A stretch of DNA of 64,000 bases, from NCBI GenBank assembly GCA_023423975.1, contig JAFAEO010000027.1:51888-115887 (forward strand), given 5' to 3'. The notes under the pieces are model-generated. The model searched no databases. It was not told the origin of the DNA and saw nothing but the letters and a program-made list of their open reading frames with translations. Positions 9,349 through 17,712 of the stretch are shown one piece after another. This DNA is from Pseudomonadota bacterium (lineage in GTDB: Bacteria > Pseudomonadota > Gammaproteobacteria > Burkholderiales > Burkholderiaceae_B). The stretch's first letter is position 1, and each line of letters starts with the position of its first letter. Position numbers and translations under genes: made by a program.

Positions 9349-9583
9349 TGAAGTAAGTGTCTTCCGGCGTACCAGTACCAGTGGGATTGTGTTGTGAAAT
9401 ATTGACAGGTTTCTGATAGCCGCAGGTTTTTTGAGCCGTCTGCATGCACATTTCCCAGTTCGGTGGCGTTTTCGCATCGGGTGAACATTTGACGCCATAA
9501 TTGCCGCGATCTGTCACGTCAAGCCCACTGGATGCACACCCGGCCAGCACGATAGGGACAAGAATCAATAGCAGTTTTTTCAT
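9329..9583 (-). CDS. Small Cys-rich lipoprotein
   Basis: MKK, hydrophobic core and LAGC lipobox; four further Cys; RBS AGGAG; overlaps the 3' end of the convergent methyltransferase gene by 20 bp. Confidence 0.8.
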   Translation of the reverse strand: MKKLLLILVPIVLAGCASSGLDVTDRGNYGVKCSPDAKTPPNWEMCMQTAQKTCGYQKPVNISQHNPTGTGTPEDTYFINFQCQ

Positions 9584-9840
9584 TCACGAACTCCTGTTGG
9601 GGCTGTATTGTCTAGTGGCTGTATTGTATCGGATTATTAATCACGCACTTTTATTTTAATTAAATTCAGTTATAGTAGTAGAAGAATATCCTGTAACGTA
9701 TTGAATTGAACGTATGTATTTTCTCCATTGCGGGAAGTGATATGTTTGATTTGTATGCATTCCGTTACATTCAAGTGTGATTCTGTTGTTATGATGAGAG
9801 TCGTATAAGTTTTGTTTATGTCTTTTAAAGGGGTACTTCT

Positions 9841-10269
9841 ATGAAAAAATTTCTCGTTCCCGCTATGATCGTTCTCGCAACTGCAGCAACAGTAAACGTA
9901 AACGCTGCTACGCCATCTGACAATCTGTCCCGGCATGCGCTGGGCGAGGCAAAGGATACCCGTTCGGCCTGGGCCAAATCTCAGGATATGTATGTTGAGC
10001 CAACACTGCGTATGACAGAGACAACGGTACCTGTTACGCCGGGTCAGGCTCAGCAACAAAACTTACCTGTTGAGGCAGTGCCAGCGGGCACTGTTCCACC
10101 AACAGGTACGAGCACGACAACCGTGTATGGTCCTGACGGCCAACCTATTTCCCAGCCTGCGCAACCAATGCCGCAATCTGGTCAGTCAGCTGCACCGGGC
10201 CAGCCAGTGCCAATGCAGCAGGGCACCAATGGTGCGCCTGTTCAGGATCTGTCTCGTCCGCAGCCCTGA
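9841..10269 (+). CDS. Exported Pro/Gln/Thr-rich hypothetical protein
   Basis: MKKFLVPAMIVLATAATVNVNA signal peptide, low-complexity tail, RBS AAGGGG, downstream terminator. Confidence 0.75.
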   Translation: MKKFLVPAMIVLATAATVNVNAATPSDNLSRHALGEAKDTRSAWAKSQDMYVEPTLRMTETTVPVTPGQAQQQNLPVEAVPAGTVPPTGTSTTTVYGPDGQPISQPAQPMPQSGQSAAPGQPVPMQQGTNGAPVQDLSRPQP

Positions 10270-10391
10270 TCGCTTGCCGCTTGGCGGTATAACGCTGCCT
10301 GGCCGTGGGTGTGATCAGCAGGCATAAATAGCGCGCATTATTACGCCGTTGTTGTTTATGCCATTATGCGGATCCGCCTGTTGGCTCTACG

Positions 10392-10426
10392 AAAACCGAT
10401 AACGTTGCTGCGTTATCGGTTTTTTT
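10392..10426 (+). terminator. Intrinsic terminator
   Basis: AAAACCGATAACG-loop-CGTTATCGGTTTTTTT. Confidence 0.8.
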
Positions 10427-10753
10427 ATTCATCACGGGTTCGGTGACGTGCTGGGCACGCGTGCGGCTTGCAGCAGGCGCGTCAACTGCGGACCTGCGTT
10501 GGCTATGGGTAGCGGTGGCGGGTGCGACCAACAATTAAAAAAAACAGAGTGGCTGTGCCCGGCGGGCAGTGGGGTCTATTGAGTCACCTATTGAGGAGCG
10601 GCATTGCGATGTTGGCAACGGTGGTTGATTTAAACACCGTGCATGCGAAGCGGCTGGTAAATACACGAGGATAATAACGGCCGCTTAACCCTCCGTTTAT
10701 GGTGTGTTTTCATTAATCTGGTGGCATTTGCTTGTTATCAAGGCAGACACCGA

Positions 10754-13177
10754 ATGCAGCCATTGGAAATGAGAACCCATGATAACCCCGCAGCGTGGCT
10801 GGTACGCTACGCCGATTTGTTCGACAGTATTGAAAGTACGCCGCTAACGCAAGAGCAGCGTCAGGCGTGTATTTCGAATGCGCCAGCGACGCTTGTGCTG
10901 GCCGGCGCCGGCACGGGCAAGACCAGCACGCTGACAGGGCGTGCGGCGTTCCTCATGGCGCATGGCTTGGCTAAGCCTGAAGAGATTCTCTGCCTGGCGT
11001 TTGCTCGTGAAGCAGCGCTGGAAATTGATGAGCGCCTGCAGCGCCGGCTTGCTTCGCGCTGGTCGATGCAGGGCTTTACGGCAAGTACTTTTCACAGTCT
11101 GGGTTTGCGTATCGTACGCGAAGTCGAAGGCAACGTGCCGGTGCTCACCGATTTGTGTAGTGATCGTCAGAGGCTGTCTGCATTTATTCATGAACAATTG
11201 CTGCAATTGACCGCAAAATCGGCCGACTATGCCGGCTTGCTGTTTGAGTATTTTGCAATGATCGAATCTGATCTTGCATTGTCATGCGAATATTCTGAGC
11301 GCAACGCTTATCTGAGCAGGAATTCTGCCCGCCTGCTGCAAACTATTCGTGGTGATGTTGTACGTTTTCCATTGGAATGCCTGGTTGCGAATGCGCTGTG
11401 CGCGATGGGTATTGAATACGAATATCGAAAACATTATCCGCATCCGGTATTCCTGGCCAGGCGCCGGCCATATCAGAGCGTTTTTTATCTGCGTGAGGCA
11501 GATGTTTATATTGACGTGTTCGATTACGCTAGACCGCTAGACGAGCAGTGTGCCGCCGCTGTGCTGTCGCGTCGGCTTGCCTGCATTCATCAGGATTACG
11601 GTACCCATCATATTATCCTTTGGGAAGCACCGGAATATATGCTCGACCTCTGGCAACTGGTTGAACTGTTAAACCGCAAATTGATGGAGTGTGGCATGGC
11701 GGCGCGCAAGGGTGGGGACGACATCGCTGGCAGCAGCGGTCGGCATAGTCAGATTCGCAATAGACAAGCCAGATCAGACATGCAACGCACTAGCCTGGAA
11801 CCGTTAGTCGGCTCTGCACGCTGGTTTTCGCTGGTGGATACGCTGGCTACTGTGTTGTCACTGTATCTTCAAAGCAAAACGCAGTTGGGTGCGGACGCCA
11901 GGCGTGCTGATCTTAACTACGCATGGGAGCGGCGTCGCGTTGCGAATATTACTGCGTTGGTGCAGCCGCTGGCGACCGTCTATAAAGCGCGTTTGCAAGC
12001 GCATGGTGAGATTGATTTTGACGATATGATCTCCCGGGCAACGCAATATGTCGCGTCAGGTCGCTTTGCCGTTCCCTGGCGTGACATATTGATTGATGAG
12101 TTCCAGGATATATCGGTGCCGCGGTTTGCGCTAGTCGCTGCCATGTTGCGGCAGCGGCCGGAGTTACGGCTTTTTTGTGTCGGCGACGACTGGCAGGCTA
12201 TTTATCGCTTTGCGGGCAGTGAGATCAGATACAGCACGCAGTTTTCCAAGTATGTGCATCCTTGGGCGCAGATTGTGCCTTTGAGTTGCACCTTCCGGTT
12301 CAATCAGTCATTGTGCAGCCTCAGCAGCCGGTTCCTGATGAAAAACCCGTTCCAGAACCGCAAGCAATTGTTTGCAGCGTGCAATGACATGCGGCCAGTA
12401 GTGACTGTCGCCCGGCAGGAGGATGGCCTGGCGGTGATTTTATCAAGGCTGCAGCAGGCGCCAGCCCGGCGGATGCATGTCACGCAATGCTACGGCCACA
12501 TCCCAGAGACACTTTTTCAAAGCGCTTGGGTAGTGACCTTCATGCTCAGAGCAGGCATCAGAACGATGAATCGGACGGTGGCGCGAATGGGCTTTGCGCT
12601 GCCAACCAGGTTATTTTCTGCAACCGCGGCCATCAATCCAACTGACTCTTCTGCCTGCGCCACTGCAATCATGCAATCCACCGATGGCCGAGGGCGGGCA
12701 CCTTCATCGCCAAAAACCTCGGTGCTTATTCTGGCGCGGTTTGCACATTTGCTGCCGGATGGCGACAGATTGAACGGGTACGCCGAGCGTTATCCTGATT
12801 TGCAGATCAGCGTGAGCACCGTGCATGCCTCAAAGGGGCTGGAAGCTGACTATGTACTAATTCTGAATATGGGAAAGGGAGTGTACGGCTTTCCTTCAGG
12901 CAGATCCTCTGATCTTGATCTGGTGATGGAACAGTTTCTGCCGCAGCAGGAGTGCTTTGAGTATGCAGATGAACGAAGGCTATTCTATGTCGCCCTGACA
13001 CGTGCCAGAAAGCACGTATGGCTGCTGGTGCCGCAAGACCATAAACAATGGTCGGTATTTGTGACGGAGTTGCTGCAAGAAAATAAAGCCGCAGTCCGTT
13101 GTTTTGATGGACGTAGAGCGACAAGAGGCGGCTGGTGGAAAGTGATCAGCCAGGCTGGTCGCACAAATCGCGTTTAA
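10754..13177 (+). CDS. helD: UvrD/Rep-superfamily helicase, helicase IV (HelD)-like
   Basis: PLTQEQR, VLAGAGTGKTS (Walker A), STFHSLG, IDFDDMI, LIDEFQD, VGDDWQAIYRFAG, STVHASKGLEAD, ERRLFYVALTRA; start codon uncertain (10721, 10754 or 10769). Confidence 0.85.
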   Translation: MQPLEMRTHDNPAAWLVRYADLFDSIESTPLTQEQRQACISNAPATLVLAGAGTGKTSTLTGRAAFLMAHGLAKPEEILCLAFAREAALEIDERLQRRLASRWSMQGFTASTFHSLGLRIVREVEGNVPVLTDLCSDRQRLSAFIHEQLLQLTAKSADYAGLLFEYFAMIESDLALSCEYSERNAYLSRNSARLLQTIRGDVVRFPLECLVANALCAMGIEYEYRKHYPHPVFLARRRPYQSVFYLREADVYIDVFDYARPLDEQCAAAVLSRRLACIHQDYGTHHIILWEAPEYMLDLWQLVELLNRKLMECGMAARKGGDDIAGSSGRHSQIRNRQARSDMQRTSLEPLVGSARWFSLVDTLATVLSLYLQSKTQLGADARRADLNYAWERRRVANITALVQPLATVYKARLQAHGEIDFDDMISRATQYVASGRFAVPWRDILIDEFQDISVPRFALVAAMLRQRPELRLFCVGDDWQAIYRFAGSEIRYSTQFSKYVHPWAQIVPLSCTFRFNQSLCSLSSRFLMKNPFQNRKQLFAACNDMRPVVTVARQEDGLAVILSRLQQAPARRMHVTQCYGHIPETLFQSAWVVTFMLRAGIRTMNRTVARMGFALPTRLFSATAAINPTDSSACATAIMQSTDGRGRAPSSPKTSVLILARFAHLLPDGDRLNGYAERYPDLQISVSTVHASKGLEADYVLILNMGKGVYGFPSGRSSDLDLVMEQFLPQQECFEYADERRLFYVALTRARKHVWLLVPQDHKQWSVFVTELLQENKAAVRCFDGRRATRGGWWKVISQAGRTNRV

Positions 13178-13238
13178 AATGGGCGTTTACATGGCTTGTC
13201 GGTTGCTGCCGTGGCGCTTGCATGCGCGCGAAATTGCG

Positions 13239-13592
13239 CTAGCTGATCGGCAGGAACGACCGATCGCCGGTGTAGTTGATAAAGTCAAGTGCAGCTTCAT
13301 AGGCATCGGCGTTGGTGCAGAAAAAAAGAACCGTATCATCTGAGTCCATATTGGCCAGAATGGATTCCATTTCATCTTCCACCGGTTCGTCTTCGAGTCC
13401 CAGGCTGGAGACGTGGATCTGGCCGTCCTGCTCAAATCGCGCTTGTGGCAGAATATCCGGAATCCGGTCAAAGTCTACGTCTTGCACAATCAAATAAATG
13501 TCCAGCGCCAGACCGTTGACTTGCGTCAACACCTGAACGCCGTTGTGGATCGCCCGAACCAGGCTGGTTTGTATACCAGATTCATCCGTCAT
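13239..13592 (-). CDS. Small acidic hypothetical protein
   Basis: 117-aa ORF with protein-like composition that fills the gap between convergent helD and divergent dinB. Confidence 0.7.
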   Translation of the reverse strand: MTDESGIQTSLVRAIHNGVQVLTQVNGLALDIYLIVQDVDFDRIPDILPQARFEQDGQIHVSSLGLEDEPVEDEMESILANMDSDDTVLFFCTNADAYEAALDFINYTGDRSFLPIS

Positions 13593-13806
13593 GATTTACT
13601 CAGAAAGCAAGGAAGTTGGCGGTGGCGCATCGCTTGGCACGGCCGGAGCACCTTTATAATGTCCTTGGTGCACACCGCAACCGGCCAGGGCGATGAGAAG
13701 GGCTGTCAATGCGACGAATTTTTGCATGATAGTTTAAAGTACCTGGAATGAGGGCTAGCGGGAATCGCTACAATGCAATTGTAATACGAACTGATCGTCT
13801 GAATCC

Positions 13807-14871
13807 ATGACAAGAAAAATTGTCCATATTGATATGGACGCATTTTATGCTTCTGTTGAACTGCGCGAAAATCCGCAGCTCAAAGGCTTGCCCGTAGTTG
13901 TTGCCTGGGACAGCATTCGTTCGGTGATTGTCGCCGCGTCGTATGAAGCGCGCAAATATGGCTTGAGGTCGGCCATGTCGGTCAGGCGCGCACGCGAATT
14001 GTGTCCGCATGCGATTTATATCGCACCCAACTTTACCTTGTACCGCGACGTGTCGCGCCAGGTGCGTGGCATTTTCCAGCAATACACCGATCGAATTGAA
14101 CCGCTGTCGCTGGACGAAGCCTATCTGGATGTCACTGTCAATCACCAGGGCATTACATCTGCAACAGAAGTGGCCCGGCGAATTCAGGATGACATCTTGC
14201 GTGAAACGTCGCTCACCGCATCTGCCGGCGTGGCGCCCAATAAGTTTCTGGCCAAGATCGCGTCTGACTGGAATAAACCCAACGGCATCTGTGTGATTCC
14301 GCCATCCAAAGTGATGTCATTTTTGCAGGATCTGCCGCTGGAAAAAATTCCCGGCGTCGGACGGGTAACGCTGGCCAAGTTTCATCGACTGCAAATGAAG
14401 ACTATTGCAGACTTGCGCCTGCACAGTGAATGGGAGCTGACGCATCATTTCGGCCGCTATGGTCATCGTTTGTATGAACTGGCACGTGGCATTGATTTGC
14501 GTGAAGTCGATACCAACCAGCAATCGCAGCAGATCTCCACGGAAACGACCTTTGATCGGGACTTGCCTTATCTTAAGCTGCAGGACCCATTGGATGCCAT
14601 CGCCAGAAAACTATGGGAGCAGGTGCTGCGCAAACGCAAGTTCGGCCGTACCGTCACGCTCAAACTAAAAAGCGCCTCATTCCGGATCGTAACCCGATCG
14701 CAAACTTATTCCAATCCGCTGTATTCAGTGGATGAAGTGCGGCAGGCGGCAGCTACGCTGCTGGCCCGCCTTGAAGCCGATAAGCGTCATACGTTGTATC
14801 GGCTTATTGGCCTGGGTATTAGCGCTTTTGCCGAAATTGATGAAATTGAGGCGCAGATTTCGCTGCTTTAA
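13807..14871 (+). CDS. dinB: DNA polymerase IV
   Basis: KIVHIDMDAFYASVE, AASYEARKYG, SLDEAYLDV, NKFLAKIASDWNKPNG. Confidence 0.97.
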   Translation: MTRKIVHIDMDAFYASVELRENPQLKGLPVVVAWDSIRSVIVAASYEARKYGLRSAMSVRRARELCPHAIYIAPNFTLYRDVSRQVRGIFQQYTDRIEPLSLDEAYLDVTVNHQGITSATEVARRIQDDILRETSLTASAGVAPNKFLAKIASDWNKPNGICVIPPSKVMSFLQDLPLEKIPGVGRVTLAKFHRLQMKTIADLRLHSEWELTHHFGRYGHRLYELARGIDLREVDTNQQSQQISTETTFDRDLPYLKLQDPLDAIARKLWEQVLRKRKFGRTVTLKLKSASFRIVTRSQTYSNPLYSVDEVRQAAATLLARLEADKRHTLYRLIGLGISAFAEIDEIEAQISLL

Positions 14872-15127
14872 GCCATGTGTTCTCTGGCGCTGATGGTCCG
14901 TGACGCATGAAAGGGCGTGGGGAAGTTTGAGGGCCCCGGATATTGAAGCGAAGTAGCGAGGATGCGAGGTATCCAGGGCCTGCCTCGCGCAAGAAAAATG
15001 CCATTTCTCACAGGCTGTTGGCCGGCAGGAAAATGGCACGGTCACCGTCGCGGTTACTCCAAACGATCGCGCTCATGGTGGATGCTATTTGCGCGTTCAT
15101 GACCCAACGCGTGGTGTCAACTTACCT

Positions 15128-15589
15128 TTAGGGCTTAAGACGATCTTTCAGGCGCTTGGACAATTCTGCCATGTCTGTACGGCCCGCCAGTTTTTGCTTG
15201 AGAATGGCCATGGCTTTGCCCATGACGGCCGGGCCGGTAATGCCGTCTGCTGTCACTTGTGTAAGTGCCGCATCGACTGCTTCAGCCACTTCCTGTTCCG
15301 ATGCTTCTTCCGGCAGAAATTCCCTGAGCACTTCCAGTTCGGCCTTTTCAGCTTCAGCAGTTTCAGTGCGACCGGCGTTTTCAAAAGCGGTGATGGATTC
15401 CTTACGCTGTTTGACCTGTTTTTCAATGATGGCCAGCACCTGGTCGTCATTCAGTTCGACGCGATCATCGATTTCTTTCTGTTTGATAGCGGCCTGCAGA
15501 AAGCGCAGGGTGCCCAGCCTTGCAGTCTGCTTGGCGCGCATGGCGTCTTTGACGGCATCTGATATTGCTATTTTGAGGGAAGAAGACAT
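15128..15589 (-). CDS. GatB/YqeY domain-containing protein
   Basis: KDAMRAK...LRFLQAAIKQKEID...KQRKESI..F..AGR...E..VL..FLP...MGKAM. Confidence 0.93.
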   Translation of the reverse strand: MSSSLKIAISDAVKDAMRAKQTARLGTLRFLQAAIKQKEIDDRVELNDDQVLAIIEKQVKQRKESITAFENAGRTETAEAEKAELEVLREFLPEEASEQEVAEAVDAALTQVTADGITGPAVMGKAMAILKQKLAGRTDMAELSKRLKDRLKP

Positions 15590-15652
15590 GAATTTATTCC
15601 GGGAATGGTAAGATTAGTTTCATATTATGGCATAACTTTTTCGGAGATATAT

Positions 15653-16369
15653 ATGACGGAAATAAAGACTTCCCAGATTCTTCTCCCGGAAGGCGACACC
15701 CATGGTCAGTTGTTTTACATACTGCATGAAGAGAACGAGCAATTAACGAATATGCCATTTTTGTTGGGCACCATTCGGGCTGAATTTCCTGATGCTGTGA
15801 TCCGGATCGCGGTGGTTGCGCTGGATGAAGACACGGCATGGCTGGACGCCGCGGACGCAGAACCGGAGGCGCCGGCAACGGCGCAACTAGCGCCGCGCCT
15901 GGCGGCCAATATCAAATCGCTGGAGCATGATATCCAGGCAGGCCAGCACATCCACGGCGTATTGAGTGAAGCCACGGCGGTGATCGGCGTGGGTCCTGCG
16001 GGTTCGCTAGTGCTGGGGCTGACGCTACTGGAGCAGCCGATCGCAGGCAGGCTGATTACATTCGGCGCAAAATTTCCTGCCTATCCACTGGAGTTGTCTC
16101 TGGATACAACCGTTCATCTGTTGCATGCGGATCGTGATACGGCAGTGTCATCGGCACGGGCCCGCGAAGCGCATGAACGCATGGCGCTGCTGCAGGCGGA
16201 CGCGACAATTGACATTGCCATGAACTCGGCCGAGTCGTTCAGTGAAGTGCTGATTGGAAAAATGTTTGAAAGGCTGAAAACCTGCGTACCATTGCGATAC
16301 TGGCGTTATGCCGCAGAGTCTGATAGTGATAAAGAAGAAGGCAGGACGCCGCCTGCTTCACTGCATTAA
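15653..16369 (+). CDS. YpfH-like alpha/beta-hydrolase fold protein with degenerate catalytic residues
   Basis: GRLITFGAKF...TTVHLLHADRD...DATIDI...RLKTCVPLRYW resembles the YpfH C-terminal half; GxSxG is replaced by GVGPA. Confidence 0.7.
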   Translation: MTEIKTSQILLPEGDTHGQLFYILHEENEQLTNMPFLLGTIRAEFPDAVIRIAVVALDEDTAWLDAADAEPEAPATAQLAPRLAANIKSLEHDIQAGQHIHGVLSEATAVIGVGPAGSLVLGLTLLEQPIAGRLITFGAKFPAYPLELSLDTTVHLLHADRDTAVSSARAREAHERMALLQADATIDIAMNSAESFSEVLIGKMFERLKTCVPLRYWRYAAESDSDKEEGRTPPASLH

Positions 16370-16376
16370 TGCATCA

Positions 16377-16414
16377 ATCAGGACAGCAGAGGCAAGCCCA
16401 TTGCTGTCCTGATT
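16377..16414. terminator. Hairpin between convergent genes
   Basis: AATCAGGACAGCA...TGCTGTCCTGATT 13-bp inverted repeat. Confidence 0.55.
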
Positions 16415-16427
16415 GGCTGTTCAGGTT

Positions 16428-17339
16428 TTATAGCAAGGTGGGGTAATCTTGCTGAACCATATGACGTACACGCACCGCATCTGCGAAACGGGTCAGTCCG
16501 CCGTCGGCATTGAGCAGCACGACGGCAACAGGACGATGATCCATTTCAGTCATCATGACCAGGCAGTCGCCGGCTTCACGGATATAGCCGGTTTTGGAAA
16601 TATGGATGTTCCAGTTGCTGTTGCGGATCAGGCGATTGGTATTACGATAGCGTTGTTCGCGACCGTTGCTGGTCACGATCTCGTATTTGTCGCTGGTTGT
16701 ATATTCGCGAATAAGCGGCTGCTGATGCACGGCCTGCATCAGACGCACCAGATCGCGTGGAGAGGCGACATTCTGAGGTGACAGCCCCGTAGGTTCTACA
16801 AAACGGGTCCGGGTCATGCCCAGCTGGCGTGCTTTGGCGTTCATTTCGCGTACAAAGGCGTTCATGCCGCCAGGGTAGGTTCGGCCTAGCGCATGCGCTG
16901 CCCGGTTTTCTGAGGACATCAAGGCCAGATGCAGCAATTCGCTGCGTGTCAATATAGTGCCAACGGATAGTCGTGAGGATGATTTTTTCACCCGATCAAT
17001 GTCATCTGCCGTAATGATAATCTGCTCGTTCATATTCAGATTGGCAGTGGTAACGATCAGCGCGGTCATCAGTTTGCTAATTGACGCAATGGGTCGGATT
17101 ACGTCGGCGTTTTTAGAATAAAGTATGCGGTTATCAGTCAGGTCGACCACATAGGCCACCTGGGAGCGAACGATGCCGCCATTATCGGCCTGGCCGACAA
17201 CAGTGCTGGCCAGCGGCAGGGCATCATAGGTCTGGCTGCCATCATCTTCCTGGGCGAAACCGGAAACGGGTACAATAGAACCAGCGGCCAGCACGACGGC
17301 CAGACATGCGGTCAGGGTTTTTCTAAGAAATTTTTGCAT
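16428..17339 (-). CDS. pbpG: D-alanyl-D-alanine endopeptidase (PBP7, peptidase S11)
   Basis: ASISKLMT (SxxK), SSEN (SxN), KTGYIREAG motifs; signal peptide. Confidence 0.92.
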   Translation of the reverse strand: MQKFLRKTLTACLAVVLAAGSIVPVSGFAQEDDGSQTYDALPLASTVVGQADNGGIVRSQVAYVVDLTDNRILYSKNADVIRPIASISKLMTALIVTTANLNMNEQIIITADDIDRVKKSSSRLSVGTILTRSELLHLALMSSENRAAHALGRTYPGGMNAFVREMNAKARQLGMTRTRFVEPTGLSPQNVASPRDLVRLMQAVHQQPLIREYTTSDKYEIVTSNGREQRYRNTNRLIRNSNWNIHISKTGYIREAGDCLVMMTEMDHRPVAVVLLNADGGLTRFADAVRVRHMVQQDYPTLL

Positions 17340-17712
17340 AGGTTCGTCACGGACAATTAGATCAGGGTCAGCGCAATTATAAATAAGATTTGAAAAAAAA
17401 TATATTTATTAATGAGTTAGAGGCGATATCTAAATTTACTGTTAAGTATACCGCACAGGTGGCATCTTGTGTTTTGCGCGATCAATAAGCGACGAAGCAA
17501 GAAAATATGTGTAAATTCGGCTATATTTAGCTAAACCACGCTAAATTGTATCAAATATTTTCCTTATAAAAATAAATAAAAAACAGGCGGTTTCTCGCTA
17601 CGGTGTCAGGGTAAATATCGCAACTGCATGGTTATTGCGCATGAGACGGGGCCAGGGGCGATAAAATAATGCTTTCCTGTTCAGGCAATTTTCATTTACT
17701 CCGGTTTTTATT

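Noticed and set aside
13600..13806. Searched for a LexA box (CTGT-N8-ACAG) upstream of dinB
   Set aside because: No match seen, so SOS control is not claimed.
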